In this document: one piece after another, positions 19,308 through 27,611 of the stretch
Position numbering within the stretch: the first letter of the stretch is position 1
How the letters are laid out: the number at the start of each line of letters is the position of its first letter
NCBI GenBank assembly: GCA_963806855.1
Contig: CAWDYW010000003.1
Location: 224,001 to 288,000, forward strand
Reading direction: 5' to 3'
DNA length: 64,000 bases
Origin: an uncultured Verrucomicrobiae bacterium
GTDB taxonomy: Bacteria > Chlamydiota > Chlamydiia > Chlamydiales > Rhabdochlamydiaceae
Program-made: the position numbers and the translations under genes
Notes under the pieces: generated by a model
The model's input: the letters and a program-made list of their open reading frames with translations, nothing else
Told to the model about the DNA's origin: nothing
Database searches by the model: none

Positions 19308-19336
19308 ATTGTCCAGAAATAGAGGGAATTTTACAA
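19308..19336 (-). promoter_or_regulatory. Putative sigma66 promoter of U-box gene C
   Basis: TTGTAA-17-GACAAT on the minus strand. Confidence 0.45.
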
Positions 19337-19349
19337 GGGCAAAAATATT

Positions 19350-22300
19350 TTAAAAGGCCCAATCAAATCGGACATCGCCTTCATTGATGATGGTTTTCTT
19401 ATTGTAGTAACCTTTGTAATTCATCGAGAATGAACGAGCGCAGTTGTCTGTCCATTTCATCCCCAATTGCGGCGAGATAAACTGGATCGAGGTCTGGGAA
19501 CTAATGGTGTCGATCACGCAGGTTTGACCGACGAAGCTGGCGCGCTGATGGATGTTGCCGAGCGGATATTCGCCGACCCAGCTGAGAGCGATGTAGGGAG
19601 CAGAAAAACTTTTGCAGTTCTCCCAAATGTGGTAGAGCCTTAAGCCCGCTTCGCCGCGTAGCATGTTCTGGTTGTGCCCTTGGACGGTGAGGTTGATACC
19701 GCCGCCGCCAAGTTCGGTAAAGCCTTTGCGGTGGTAGTAGTGGTAATCGGTCAGGGCGAAGGGCTCGAGGATTTTGCTGCACCAGTTCAATTTCCATCCT
19801 AACCCGAGATGGGCCGTCCCAAAGTAGGCGTCTGGATGGCTGCGGGCTTTCCGATCGATGATCATGGGAGGCGTTGGGATGGTGAAGGCGACATTACGGG
19901 TGAGTTGATAGTCGCTTTTTCCGCCGATCGTTGAAAAATCGAGGTCTAGGCAGCGCCATCGGTAACTGCCGTACACAGCACCGTAGTAGGTGTTGCTGTT
20001 GCCGCCGCCTAGATGATTTTTCCAGTGGATCCAGTTGTAGGTGTAGCCGCCTGCGATGCCGATATCGAACATTTTGCAAAAGGAAAAATCGAACCCGGCG
20101 ATGACACCAGCAGCTTCCGATTTGTAGCGGGTCAGGTTGTCGAAGTGTTGTTTGTTGTTCATCAGCGCGCCATACCCGTCAATCCAGAAATTGAAGCGCT
20201 CGCAGGGCTTGCAACGCAGCTCAAAGAGCCGCTCGGAGAGGATTCTGGCAATGAGGCTATTGTCGCGGGCATTGATCCAATCGAGGGTTCCAAAATTGAC
20301 CGGGGACATGGCGTAGAGGGCTTCATTGAGTGCCGAGTTGCTGAGCTCGCCAAGAGCGAGGATGATCGTTGTGAAATCAGAAAGGCTCGTGATGGTGGCG
20401 TTGTTGAGGCAATTCGCCACTGTTGTCGTAATGCCCGGATTGACTATTTGGTGCTTGAAGAACGCATGCTGCAAGACAGTGAGGACGACCCCATTCGTAT
20501 AGCTGATGCCCAAATTGACGAAACTAGCAGCAGGTCCAGTGGGAACAAAATTAAAGGTGCCGGTCACCGGGCCGCTGATAACGATAAATTGAGTCCCTTG
20601 GATGTAGTTCCCATTATTGAGGAAGGCTTGAAGAGTGCCAGCTAGCGTCGCCGATCCGACGATTAAGGAGTTATTGGGCGGAGAAGCAGATGGGACGATA
20701 TTGATTAAGAGGCTACCGCCAGGGTCATTGATGAAGGAGCCGACGGTGATCTGTCCGACGCTGTTGTTTCCGGGGGAGACGATTCCATTGTTCGTTAGGG
20801 TTCCAGGGGTTGAAAAAGTGCCTGTCACCGTTCCATTGTTGGTGATGCTTGTCACAATGGAGCCGTTGATGTTCAGTGTCCCTGCATTGACGGTGGTCGT
20901 TCCGGTATAGGTATTCGCTCCGTTTAGGTGTAGAATGGCGCCGCCGCTTTTTGTCAGTCCCCCTCCAGCCACGACGTTATCAGAGGCGATCGGATTCGGA
21001 ATGGTGACGTCGCTTGTAATATCGAAGGTGATGGCGGCGCCACCCATCATGAAAATATCAGCACCAGCTGCCTTGCCGCCTGTCGCCCCATTGTCTCCTG
21101 CAGCTCCCGCTATCACTGTATCGCTTTGGAATGTGGCCGAGCCATTGATCGTCAGGTTGCCTCCTGTTTCGATAAAGATCGCGCCCCCAAATCCTGCGCC
21201 CCCGCCCCCGCCCCCACCGGTCGGAGAGGGTGCTGAGAGGGTGCCGGGGCCCCCATTTCCACCGCCAAATCCTCCAGTGCCTTGGGTGCCTGGGCTGCCC
21301 GGACCTACATCGAGCCCACCACCTCCACCGCCCCCGCCACCGAAGCCGCCGCCGCCTCCATTGCCGCCACTTCCACCACCACCCTCTATTGCTGATAAAC
21401 AGAATCCACCGCCGCCGCCTCCTCCGCCAAAAAATGGAGGTGCGATCCCCCCGCCTTGGCCTCCGGCTCCTCCGCTCGCGCCGGCTCCTTCACCGCCGCC
21501 ACCGCCACCGGCGCCGAAGCCCCCATTGCCTCCATTGCCGCCCAAGTTGTGCCCCCCTCCTGGTCCAGCACCGCCACCACCGCCACCGCCACCAGTGCCG
21601 CCAGCACCTCCACTTCCTGCATCTCCACCGAGTGGGCTTCCACCGCCGCCCCCGCCAGTGCCCGAAGAGCCAGTGGCACCAGCAGCGCTTCCAGTCCCTC
21701 CAATCCCTCCAGCGCCACCGCCGAAATTTGTCCCCCCATTTCCTCCGATACCAGTAGAGCCATTTGCTCCTACGCTTCCTGTCCCGCCTCCACCGCCACC
21801 GCCACCACCTACCGCTGCTCCGCCAGAGAAAGCAAAGCCCCCGCCGCCATTTCCTCCTTCAGCTGGACTAATTTGTGTGCCCCCGCCAGTCATGCCGCCC
21901 CCGCCGCCGCCTCCCTGATTTGTTTGAGAGTGAGTGCCACCGGATCCCCCCGTCGCATTGCAGGTCATGAAGGCAGGATTGTTCAAGATGACCGAGGAGC
22001 CGTTGCTGATAAATAATGCGCCGCCAAGTCCTGGGCCGCCGCCGCCCGCTCCCGCATCAAGACCGGCCGGTCCTCCCAGGCCACCTTGGGCTATGAAATT
22101 AGAGAACGTCAGATTGCTAATCGTCACCGTTCCCCCCTGAACGAAGAACCCTCTGAAAGTGTTCGACCCATTCAAAGTGAAGTTATTCCCCAAGATAGTG
22201 ATCGAATTGGCGACTGGGGTGAAGTTGCCTAGAGGAGTATTGGTATTCACCGGGCGGAGTAGTGGTGCGATCGAAGGAGTGAGCGTGATGCTATTGAGGA

Positions 22301-22451
22301 AATTAATGGGTGAAGTACCTGCTGCTCCGGTATTGGCATTAATGATCGCCATATTGAGATCTGTGTCGGTGCTGACGTTGGGGAGGGTTGAAAATAGCAG
22401 TGTCGAAGAGCTAAAGAGGATCAAAGAGGTGAGAAATTTTTTCGCCACCAT
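19350..22451 (-). CDS. Type Va autotransporter with glycine-rich passenger
   Basis: Signal peptide, about 300 aa Gly-rich region, PATR-like repeat (GGLTKSGGAILHLNGANTYTGTTTVNAGTL), C-terminal beta-barrel ending in aromatic F. Confidence 0.88.
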   Translation of the reverse strand: MVAKKFLTSLILFSSSTLLFSTLPNVSTDTDLNMAIINANTGAAGTSPINFLNSITLTPSIAPLLRPVNTNTPLGNFTPVANSITILGNNFTLNGSNTFRGFFVQGGTVTISNLTFSNFIAQGGLGGPAGLDAGAGGGGPGLGGALFISNGSSVILNNPAFMTCNATGGSGGTHSQTNQGGGGGGGMTGGGTQISPAEGGNGGGGFAFSGGAAVGGGGGGGGGTGSVGANGSTGIGGNGGTNFGGGAGGIGGTGSAAGATGSSGTGGGGGGSPLGGDAGSGGAGGTGGGGGGGGAGPGGGHNLGGNGGNGGFGAGGGGGGEGAGASGGAGGQGGGIAPPFFGGGGGGGGFCLSAIEGGGGSGGNGGGGGFGGGGGGGGGLDVGPGSPGTQGTGGFGGGNGGPGTLSAPSPTGGGGGGGAGFGGAIFIETGGNLTINGSATFQSDTVIAGAAGDNGATGGKAAGADIFMMGGAAITFDITSDVTIPNPIASDNVVAGGGLTKSGGAILHLNGANTYTGTTTVNAGTLNINGSIVTSITNNGTVTGTFSTPGTLTNNGIVSPGNNSVGQITVGSFINDPGGSLLINIVPSASPPNNSLIVGSATLAGTLQAFLNNGNYIQGTQFIVISGPVTGTFNFVPTGPAASFVNLGISYTNGVVLTVLQHAFFKHQIVNPGITTTVANCLNNATITSLSDFTTIILALGELSNSALNEALYAMSPVNFGTLDWINARDNSLIARILSERLFELRCKPCERFNFWIDGYGALMNNKQHFDNLTRYKSEAAGVIAGFDFSFCKMFDIGIAGGYTYNWIHWKNHLGGGNSNTYYGAVYGSYRWRCLDLDFSTIGGKSDYQLTRNVAFTIPTPPMIIDRKARSHPDAYFGTAHLGLGWKLNWCSKILEPFALTDYHYYHRKGFTELGGGGINLTVQGHNQNMLRGEAGLRLYHIWENCKSFSAPYIALSWVGEYPLGNIHQRASFVGQTCVIDTISSQTSIQFISPQLGMKWTDNCARSFSMNYKGYYNKKTIINEGDVRFDWAF

Positions 22452-25400
22452 TAAAAAGCAATCTCCATTCGGACGTCGCCTTCATTGATGATGGTTTTCT
22501 TATTGAAGTAGCCTTTGTAATTTATCGAGAATGAACAACCGCAGTCGTTTGTCCATTTCATCCCTAATTGAGGCGAGATGAATTGAATCGAAGAATGCGA
22601 GCTGATCACATCCATCACACAGGTTTGATCGACGAAGCTGGCCCGCTGATGGATTTTGCCAAGCGTATATTCTCCAACCCAGCTGAGAGATATATAGGGA
22701 GCCGAATAGCAGGCGCAGTTTTCCCAAATGCGAAAGATCCGCAGGCCCGCTTCGCCGCGCAGCATGTTTTGGTTGTGCCCCTGAACGCGCAGGTTGAGGC
22801 TATTAGCTCCAGTTTCATTGAAACTTTTCCGACGGAAGAAGTGGTAGTCGGCCAGGCCGTAGGGCTCGAGGATTTTGTTACACCAGTTCCACTTTAAGTC
22901 TAGCCCCAGATGGCCGGTGGCAAAATAGGCCTCAGGATGGCTGCGCGCTTTCCGATCGAGGCTCAAAGTGAATGTCGACGCAGGAACCGTGGGATTGCCT
23001 CCGCAGAGGTTGGGCGTGGGGTTTGCCTGAGTGAAAAATTCTTGGAAGAAGATCTCGCGAGTGAGCTGATATTTGCTTTTTCCTGCCAGCGCTGAAAAAT
23101 CGAGATCGAGACAGCACAATTGGAAGGAGCCATACACAGCGCCGTAGTAGGTATTGTTATTGCCGCCTCCCCGATGATTTTTCCAGTGGATCCAGTTGTG
23201 GGTATAGCCGCCTGCAACTCCAATATCAAAAGCGCGAAAAAGCATAAAATCTAAACCGGCGATCCCACCAGCGGCATCGGCTCTATAGCGGCTTAAATTG
23301 TTAAACTGTTTATTGTTATTTGCCAAAGAGCCGTAACCATCGACCCAGAAGTTAAATCGCTCGCAGGGCTTGCAGCGCAGTTCAAAGAGGCGCTCAGAGA
23401 GGATTCTGGTAATCAGGCTGTTATCGCGGGCATTGATCCAATCGAGGGCGCCATAATTGACTGGGGACATTGCTGAGAGCACCTGGTTGAGAGTGGTGTT
23501 CGACAGCGCCCCAAGACTTCTGACGATATTAGCAAGATCTGAGCCGGGTACCATATTGGCGCTCAGGATGCATTCGGCTACCGCTGTGGGCACGCCCGGA
23601 TTGATGATTTGGTGCATGAAAATCGCGCTTTCCAAGATGGTCACGATGACGCTGCTATAGCTTACTTCCAAATTGACGAAGTTAGCGAAGGGCCCAGTCT
23701 TGAGGGTTTGAGCAAACGTTCCTGTTGTTGGTCCATTGACGACCGTGTAGGTGGTTCCTGCGATATAATTGCCAGGATTAAGGAAGATCTCCAGCGTTCC
23801 TCCGAGGGGGGCCGCTCCAACGTTGAGAGTGCTATTCCCTGGGGAAAGGGAAGGGGAGAGTGTGACTAGGAGGATTCCCCCAGGGTTATTTGTGAAGCTG
23901 CCGACCGTGATCTGTCCTACCCCGTTGTCCCCCGGTGAGACCACCCCATTGTTGGTGATGCTGCCTGGCATCGAGAAATTACCCGTTACAGTCGAGTTGT
24001 TGAGGATATTCGTCACAATCGAGCCATCGATGTTCAGCGTTCCACCATTGACAGTTGTCAATCCGGTGTAGGTGTTAGCTCCATTTAATGTCAGCGTCGC
24101 ACAACCGGTTTTTGTCAGCCCCCCTCCAGCCACAACATTATCTGAGGCGATCGGATTCGGAATGTTGACATCGCTCGTAATATTGAAGGTGATGGCCCCG
24201 CCACCCATCATGAAAATGTCGGCCCCCGCTGCGCTCCCACTTGTGGCGCCTTGACCGCCCGAAGCGCCTGCAACCACAGTGTTCCCTTCGAAAGTCGCAG
24301 AGCCATTAATCGTCACAGCCCCGCCGTTTTCAATAAAAATCGCCCCGCCGAAACCAGCGCCGCCCCCGCCTCCTCCACCTGTTGCTGTACCGCCATTCCC
24401 TCCAGTGCCCCCGGAGCCTCCACCAAATCCGTGGCCACCACCAGCTCCCCCCGGGCCCACTGCCTCCATCAGAGATCCACCCCCGCCACCACCAGCGCCA
24501 AAGCCCCCAGTACCACCGCGAGCTACAGGAGTGGTTCCGACAGTTACCGCACCGCCGCCGCCTCCGCCACCGAATCCACCAGCACCACCGGCGCCACTGG
24601 AACTATTTCCATATGAGCCACCTCCACCTCCACCAAATGAGCCTCCTGTTCCCCCAGAGCCGCCAGTGGCTCCGATTGCTACTGCACCGCCGCCACCCCC
24701 GCCGCCGGCACCCCCAATTCCTCCAGCCCCACCATTAACACCGTTTCCTTCTCCGCCGCCTCCGCCGCCACCACCGCCGGGCGGAAAGCCATTCCCTCCA
24801 ATGCCACCTGCCCCAAGGCCAGCACCGCCAGTACCACCTGAATTTCCTTGGAAATTATTTCCCCCGGTCCCTCCCTTGGAAATGGTCGAATCTCCTCCGA
24901 CGCTGCCGGTCCCGCCCCCTCCGCTACCGTTATTACCACCAGGGTCTGGACTCAACGAAGTACCGCCATTGAAAGCGAAGCCTCCTCCGCCAATTCCAGC
25001 CTCTGACTCGGTTTGGGATCCACCTCCATTACCGGTCAAACCGCCCCCGCCCCCGCCACCAAAAATGGAGGTGGTAACGAGCATACCGCCGGAGCCGCCC
25101 GTTGCATTCGAATCGAGAAAAGAAGGATTGTTCAAGATGGCAGTCGAGCCATTGCTGACATACAGAGCGCCGCCAAGACCCGCCCCGCCGCCGCCACCGC
25201 CGCCAAATTGGAATGCGCTTCCATTGCCACCCTGTGCTCTGAAATTGGAGAACGTCAGGTTGCTAATCGTCACCGTCCCCCCCTGAACGAAGAACCCCCT
25301 GAAAGTGTTCGACCCATTCAAAGTGAAGTTATTCCCTAAGATCGTGATCGAATTGGCGACAGGGGTGAAGTTGCCTAGAGGAGTATTGGTATTCAGCGGG

Positions 25401-25588
25401 CGGAGTAGTGGTGCGATCGAAGGCGTGAGCGTGATGCTATTGAGGAAGTTAATCGTTGTATCGGCGCCGGTATTGGCAAAGTTGATAATCTTATCGTCGA
25501 GCGTTGTATCGTTATTTGCATTTTGCGTTGCCAATAATGCAGATGAAGAAAATAAAATCAAAGAAGTGAGAAATTTTCTCGCCAGCAT
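22451..25588 (-). CDS. Type Va autotransporter with glycine-rich passenger (paralog)
   Basis: Same architecture; GGLTKTGCATLTLNGANTYTG repeat; ends MEIAF; 1-bp TAATG overlap with its paralog. Confidence 0.88.
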   Translation of the reverse strand: MLARKFLTSLILFSSSALLATQNANNDTTLDDKIINFANTGADTTINFLNSITLTPSIAPLLRPLNTNTPLGNFTPVANSITILGNNFTLNGSNTFRGFFVQGGTVTISNLTFSNFRAQGGNGSAFQFGGGGGGGAGLGGALYVSNGSTAILNNPSFLDSNATGGSGGMLVTTSIFGGGGGGGLTGNGGGSQTESEAGIGGGGFAFNGGTSLSPDPGGNNGSGGGGTGSVGGDSTISKGGTGGNNFQGNSGGTGGAGLGAGGIGGNGFPPGGGGGGGGGEGNGVNGGAGGIGGAGGGGGGGAVAIGATGGSGGTGGSFGGGGGGSYGNSSSGAGGAGGFGGGGGGGAVTVGTTPVARGGTGGFGAGGGGGGSLMEAVGPGGAGGGHGFGGGSGGTGGNGGTATGGGGGGGAGFGGAIFIENGGAVTINGSATFEGNTVVAGASGGQGATSGSAAGADIFMMGGGAITFNITSDVNIPNPIASDNVVAGGGLTKTGCATLTLNGANTYTGLTTVNGGTLNIDGSIVTNILNNSTVTGNFSMPGSITNNGVVSPGDNGVGQITVGSFTNNPGGILLVTLSPSLSPGNSTLNVGAAPLGGTLEIFLNPGNYIAGTTYTVVNGPTTGTFAQTLKTGPFANFVNLEVSYSSVIVTILESAIFMHQIINPGVPTAVAECILSANMVPGSDLANIVRSLGALSNTTLNQVLSAMSPVNYGALDWINARDNSLITRILSERLFELRCKPCERFNFWVDGYGSLANNNKQFNNLSRYRADAAGGIAGLDFMLFRAFDIGVAGGYTHNWIHWKNHRGGGNNNTYYGAVYGSFQLCCLDLDFSALAGKSKYQLTREIFFQEFFTQANPTPNLCGGNPTVPASTFTLSLDRKARSHPEAYFATGHLGLDLKWNWCNKILEPYGLADYHFFRRKSFNETGANSLNLRVQGHNQNMLRGEAGLRIFRIWENCACYSAPYISLSWVGEYTLGKIHQRASFVDQTCVMDVISSHSSIQFISPQLGMKWTNDCGCSFSINYKGYFNKKTIINEGDVRMEIAF

Positions 25589-25630
25589 TAGAATAAACCT
25601 CTAACCGGAGCTTACCGAATAAAGATTTTT

Positions 25631-26863
25631 TCACAAAGAAGATAGAATCGACTTGACCTCTTTTAAGACCGCCTTCCCAACCGATTCATCGACCAGCTCC
25701 TCAATAAACCAGAGAGAAAGCGAGATCTTCCCACGGAATGTGACCGCGGCCAAGAAGAAGTTATGGGCACTCTCAACGAAAGGGACAATATTGGCGAAAA
25801 ATGACAGCTCCTTGAGAGCGAGATTCCCATAATTTCCCGAAAATTCCAGGGCTCCCAAATTGGTGATCTCAGCCCCGTTATCGGGACATTTGGACCGTTG
25901 CCAGAGCTCATTGCTCGAGATCTCTCTCTGCAGCCTTCGTTCAAGGAGCTCGAAGTTAGCCGCATGCTGTCCGGCATTTAGTTGCGTGTAAAGCCCCTGA
26001 TGGAGCGTTTTAGCAAGAGTGGCCAAATCTGTATCTTTATCTACGGCAACCCGATCCGATAAGCAAGTCCGCATAAGGGCCAATTTCTCCTTGCTGACGG
26101 GGGGACTAAATGAGTTGCGGAAATTAACGGCAGTTCTCGCCGAGAATTCTTCAAAATGGGGATTCACGACCCTTCGGATAGCGAGCAAAAGAGCCGCAAG
26201 CAACGTCGCATTCACCCGAATGCCCTGCCTCTGGGTCCAGCGAACAACATTCCGTGCGGCAAGACTTTCTTTGACAAACATCATGTGATAGGGATGAGCA
26301 GTCCGTGAAAATGAAAGAGGAGCTTCGGTATGCGCACCGGGTGATAAAGCATAGAGCGATTTTAGGTCTGGTAGCTCCTGCTCGAAACTCTCTAGTTCGG
26401 GGATTTTACCCCGGCTCAAGTCAGATAGAATCTTAAAGAGGTGATTCATGAGCTCCATGGCGCAAACCCCATCGGCGATCGAATGGTGAAAAGTGACAAT
26501 GAGCTGCCCTTGATGTTCCCCCTTGAGCAACGTGACACGCCATAGAGGCTCATCTAGTTTGCTAAACCGGCGGGCCAGCTCCTCTTTGACCACACCCTTC
26601 CATTGATCGGGACCCTCATAAGGACTTTCTCGCAAGGGGCACCGCGCATGAGTTTGGACATAATGGCACACTTTTTCAGTAGAATTGGGACTCATCTGCA
26701 AAAGAGGATGCATGACTTGAAGATAGCTAAGACCCTTTTGAACAAGCGCGCTATCCAATTTCCCATCATAGGTGCCCACCACAGAGAAATTGAGAGTCCC
26801 ACTTGCTGCCGAATCTAAAAGAAATTCACTCTTTTCAAATGAATTTAAAGCCCGCACTTTCAT
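25631..26863 (-). CDS. Stand-alone condensation-domain / PapA5- or alcohol acetyltransferase-like acyltransferase
   Basis: PLWRVTLL...FHHSIADG catalytic motif, AVNFR, ITNLG; AGGAG ribosome-binding site precedes ATG 26863. Confidence 0.78.
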   Translation of the reverse strand: MKVRALNSFEKSEFLLDSAASGTLNFSVVGTYDGKLDSALVQKGLSYLQVMHPLLQMSPNSTEKVCHYVQTHARCPLRESPYEGPDQWKGVVKEELARRFSKLDEPLWRVTLLKGEHQGQLIVTFHHSIADGVCAMELMNHLFKILSDLSRGKIPELESFEQELPDLKSLYALSPGAHTEAPLSFSRTAHPYHMMFVKESLAARNVVRWTQRQGIRVNATLLAALLLAIRRVVNPHFEEFSARTAVNFRNSFSPPVSKEKLALMRTCLSDRVAVDKDTDLATLAKTLHQGLYTQLNAGQHAANFELLERRLQREISSNELWQRSKCPDNGAEITNLGALEFSGNYGNLALKELSFFANIVPFVESAHNFFLAAVTFRGKISLSLWFIEELVDESVGKAVLKEVKSILSSL

Positions 26864-26944
26864 AATATCTCCTGGTTGGAATTGAGCGAGAAATATAGCT
26901 AAAACAATAGGAGAAGTCAAATCCCCTCAGAATCCAGGTAGTAG

Positions 26945-26973
26945 TTGACATTACTAAATATATTTGGTATAAC
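26945..26973 (+). promoter_or_regulatory. sigma66/70-type promoter with embedded near-palindromic operator (26952-26969)
   Basis: TTGACA-17-TATAAC; tactaaatatatttggta near-palindrome between the boxes; ATG lies 10 nt after the -10. Confidence 0.65.
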
Positions 26974-26983
26974 ATAAGTCCTT

Positions 26984-27415
26984 ATGAAATATCATTTTAG
27001 GATTCGCAAAGAAAAAGAAGGATATTCGGCTCAGTGCATTGAATTAGAAGGATGTATTACTCAAGGAGATTCAATGAAAGAGCTCCAGAAAAATATGAGA
27101 GAGGCATTGAATCTATATGTTCAAGAGCCAGCAGATTCTGAGGATTTAGCTGCACTTCCAGATGACTCTATTAGAAAATCTAAAAATGTTGTTGCCGTAG
27201 CTTTGGAGCCTGAAGTCGCTTTTCCTTTTCTCGTGCGGTATTATCGAATTAAATATGGAATGACCCAATCTCAAGTGGCAAGGCAATTGGGATTTGATGG
27301 TATCTATAGTTATCAAAGGTTGGAATCGCGAAGATGTAATCCAACATTGAAAATGATCTCGATGATCAAAAACATTTTCCCAGAGTTTTCTATTGATTAT
27401 GCCATTGGCTGTTAA
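26984..27415 (+). CDS. hicB: HicB-family antitoxin with C-terminal XRE HTH
   Basis: GYSAQCIELEGCITQGDSMKEL..NMREAL (HicB fold); MTQSQVARQLG..YQRLE..NPTL (HTH). Confidence 0.82.
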   Translation: MKYHFRIRKEKEGYSAQCIELEGCITQGDSMKELQKNMREALNLYVQEPADSEDLAALPDDSIRKSKNVVAVALEPEVAFPFLVRYYRIKYGMTQSQVARQLGFDGIYSYQRLESRRCNPTLKMISMIKNIFPEFSIDYAIGC

Positions 27416-27500
27416 TACCCCGCCCCGCCCAAAAATGTGAATTTGGACCGCGCGAAAGCTCTCGCGGTCCAAATTCACATTTTTGGGCGGGGCGGGGTAT
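27415..27500. repeat. 86-bp hairpin with 38-bp perfect arms (MITE/REP-like)
   Basis: ataccccgccccgcccaaaaatgtgaatttggaccgcg (27415-27452) and its exact reverse complement (27463-27500). Confidence 0.9.
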
Positions 27501-27611
27501 AAGAAACCAGGACGCCTGCAAAGTCCATAATGGGCCCGATAAGAAACAAAGATGTGGACGATACAATGATATGAACGATAAAAAGAATAAACAATTCCAA
27601 TTTCTGTCCAA

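Noticed and set aside
20935..25286. Long plus-strand poly-proline ORFs (20935-21918, 24279-25286)
   Set aside because: They are antisense shadows of the Gly-rich (GGN) codons in the autotransporter passengers.
19350..25588. Classical chlamydial Pmp or collagen-like protein
   Set aside because: The proteins lack the many GGA[ILV]/FxxN repeats of Pmps, and the Gly tract is not a strict Gly-X-Y triplet.
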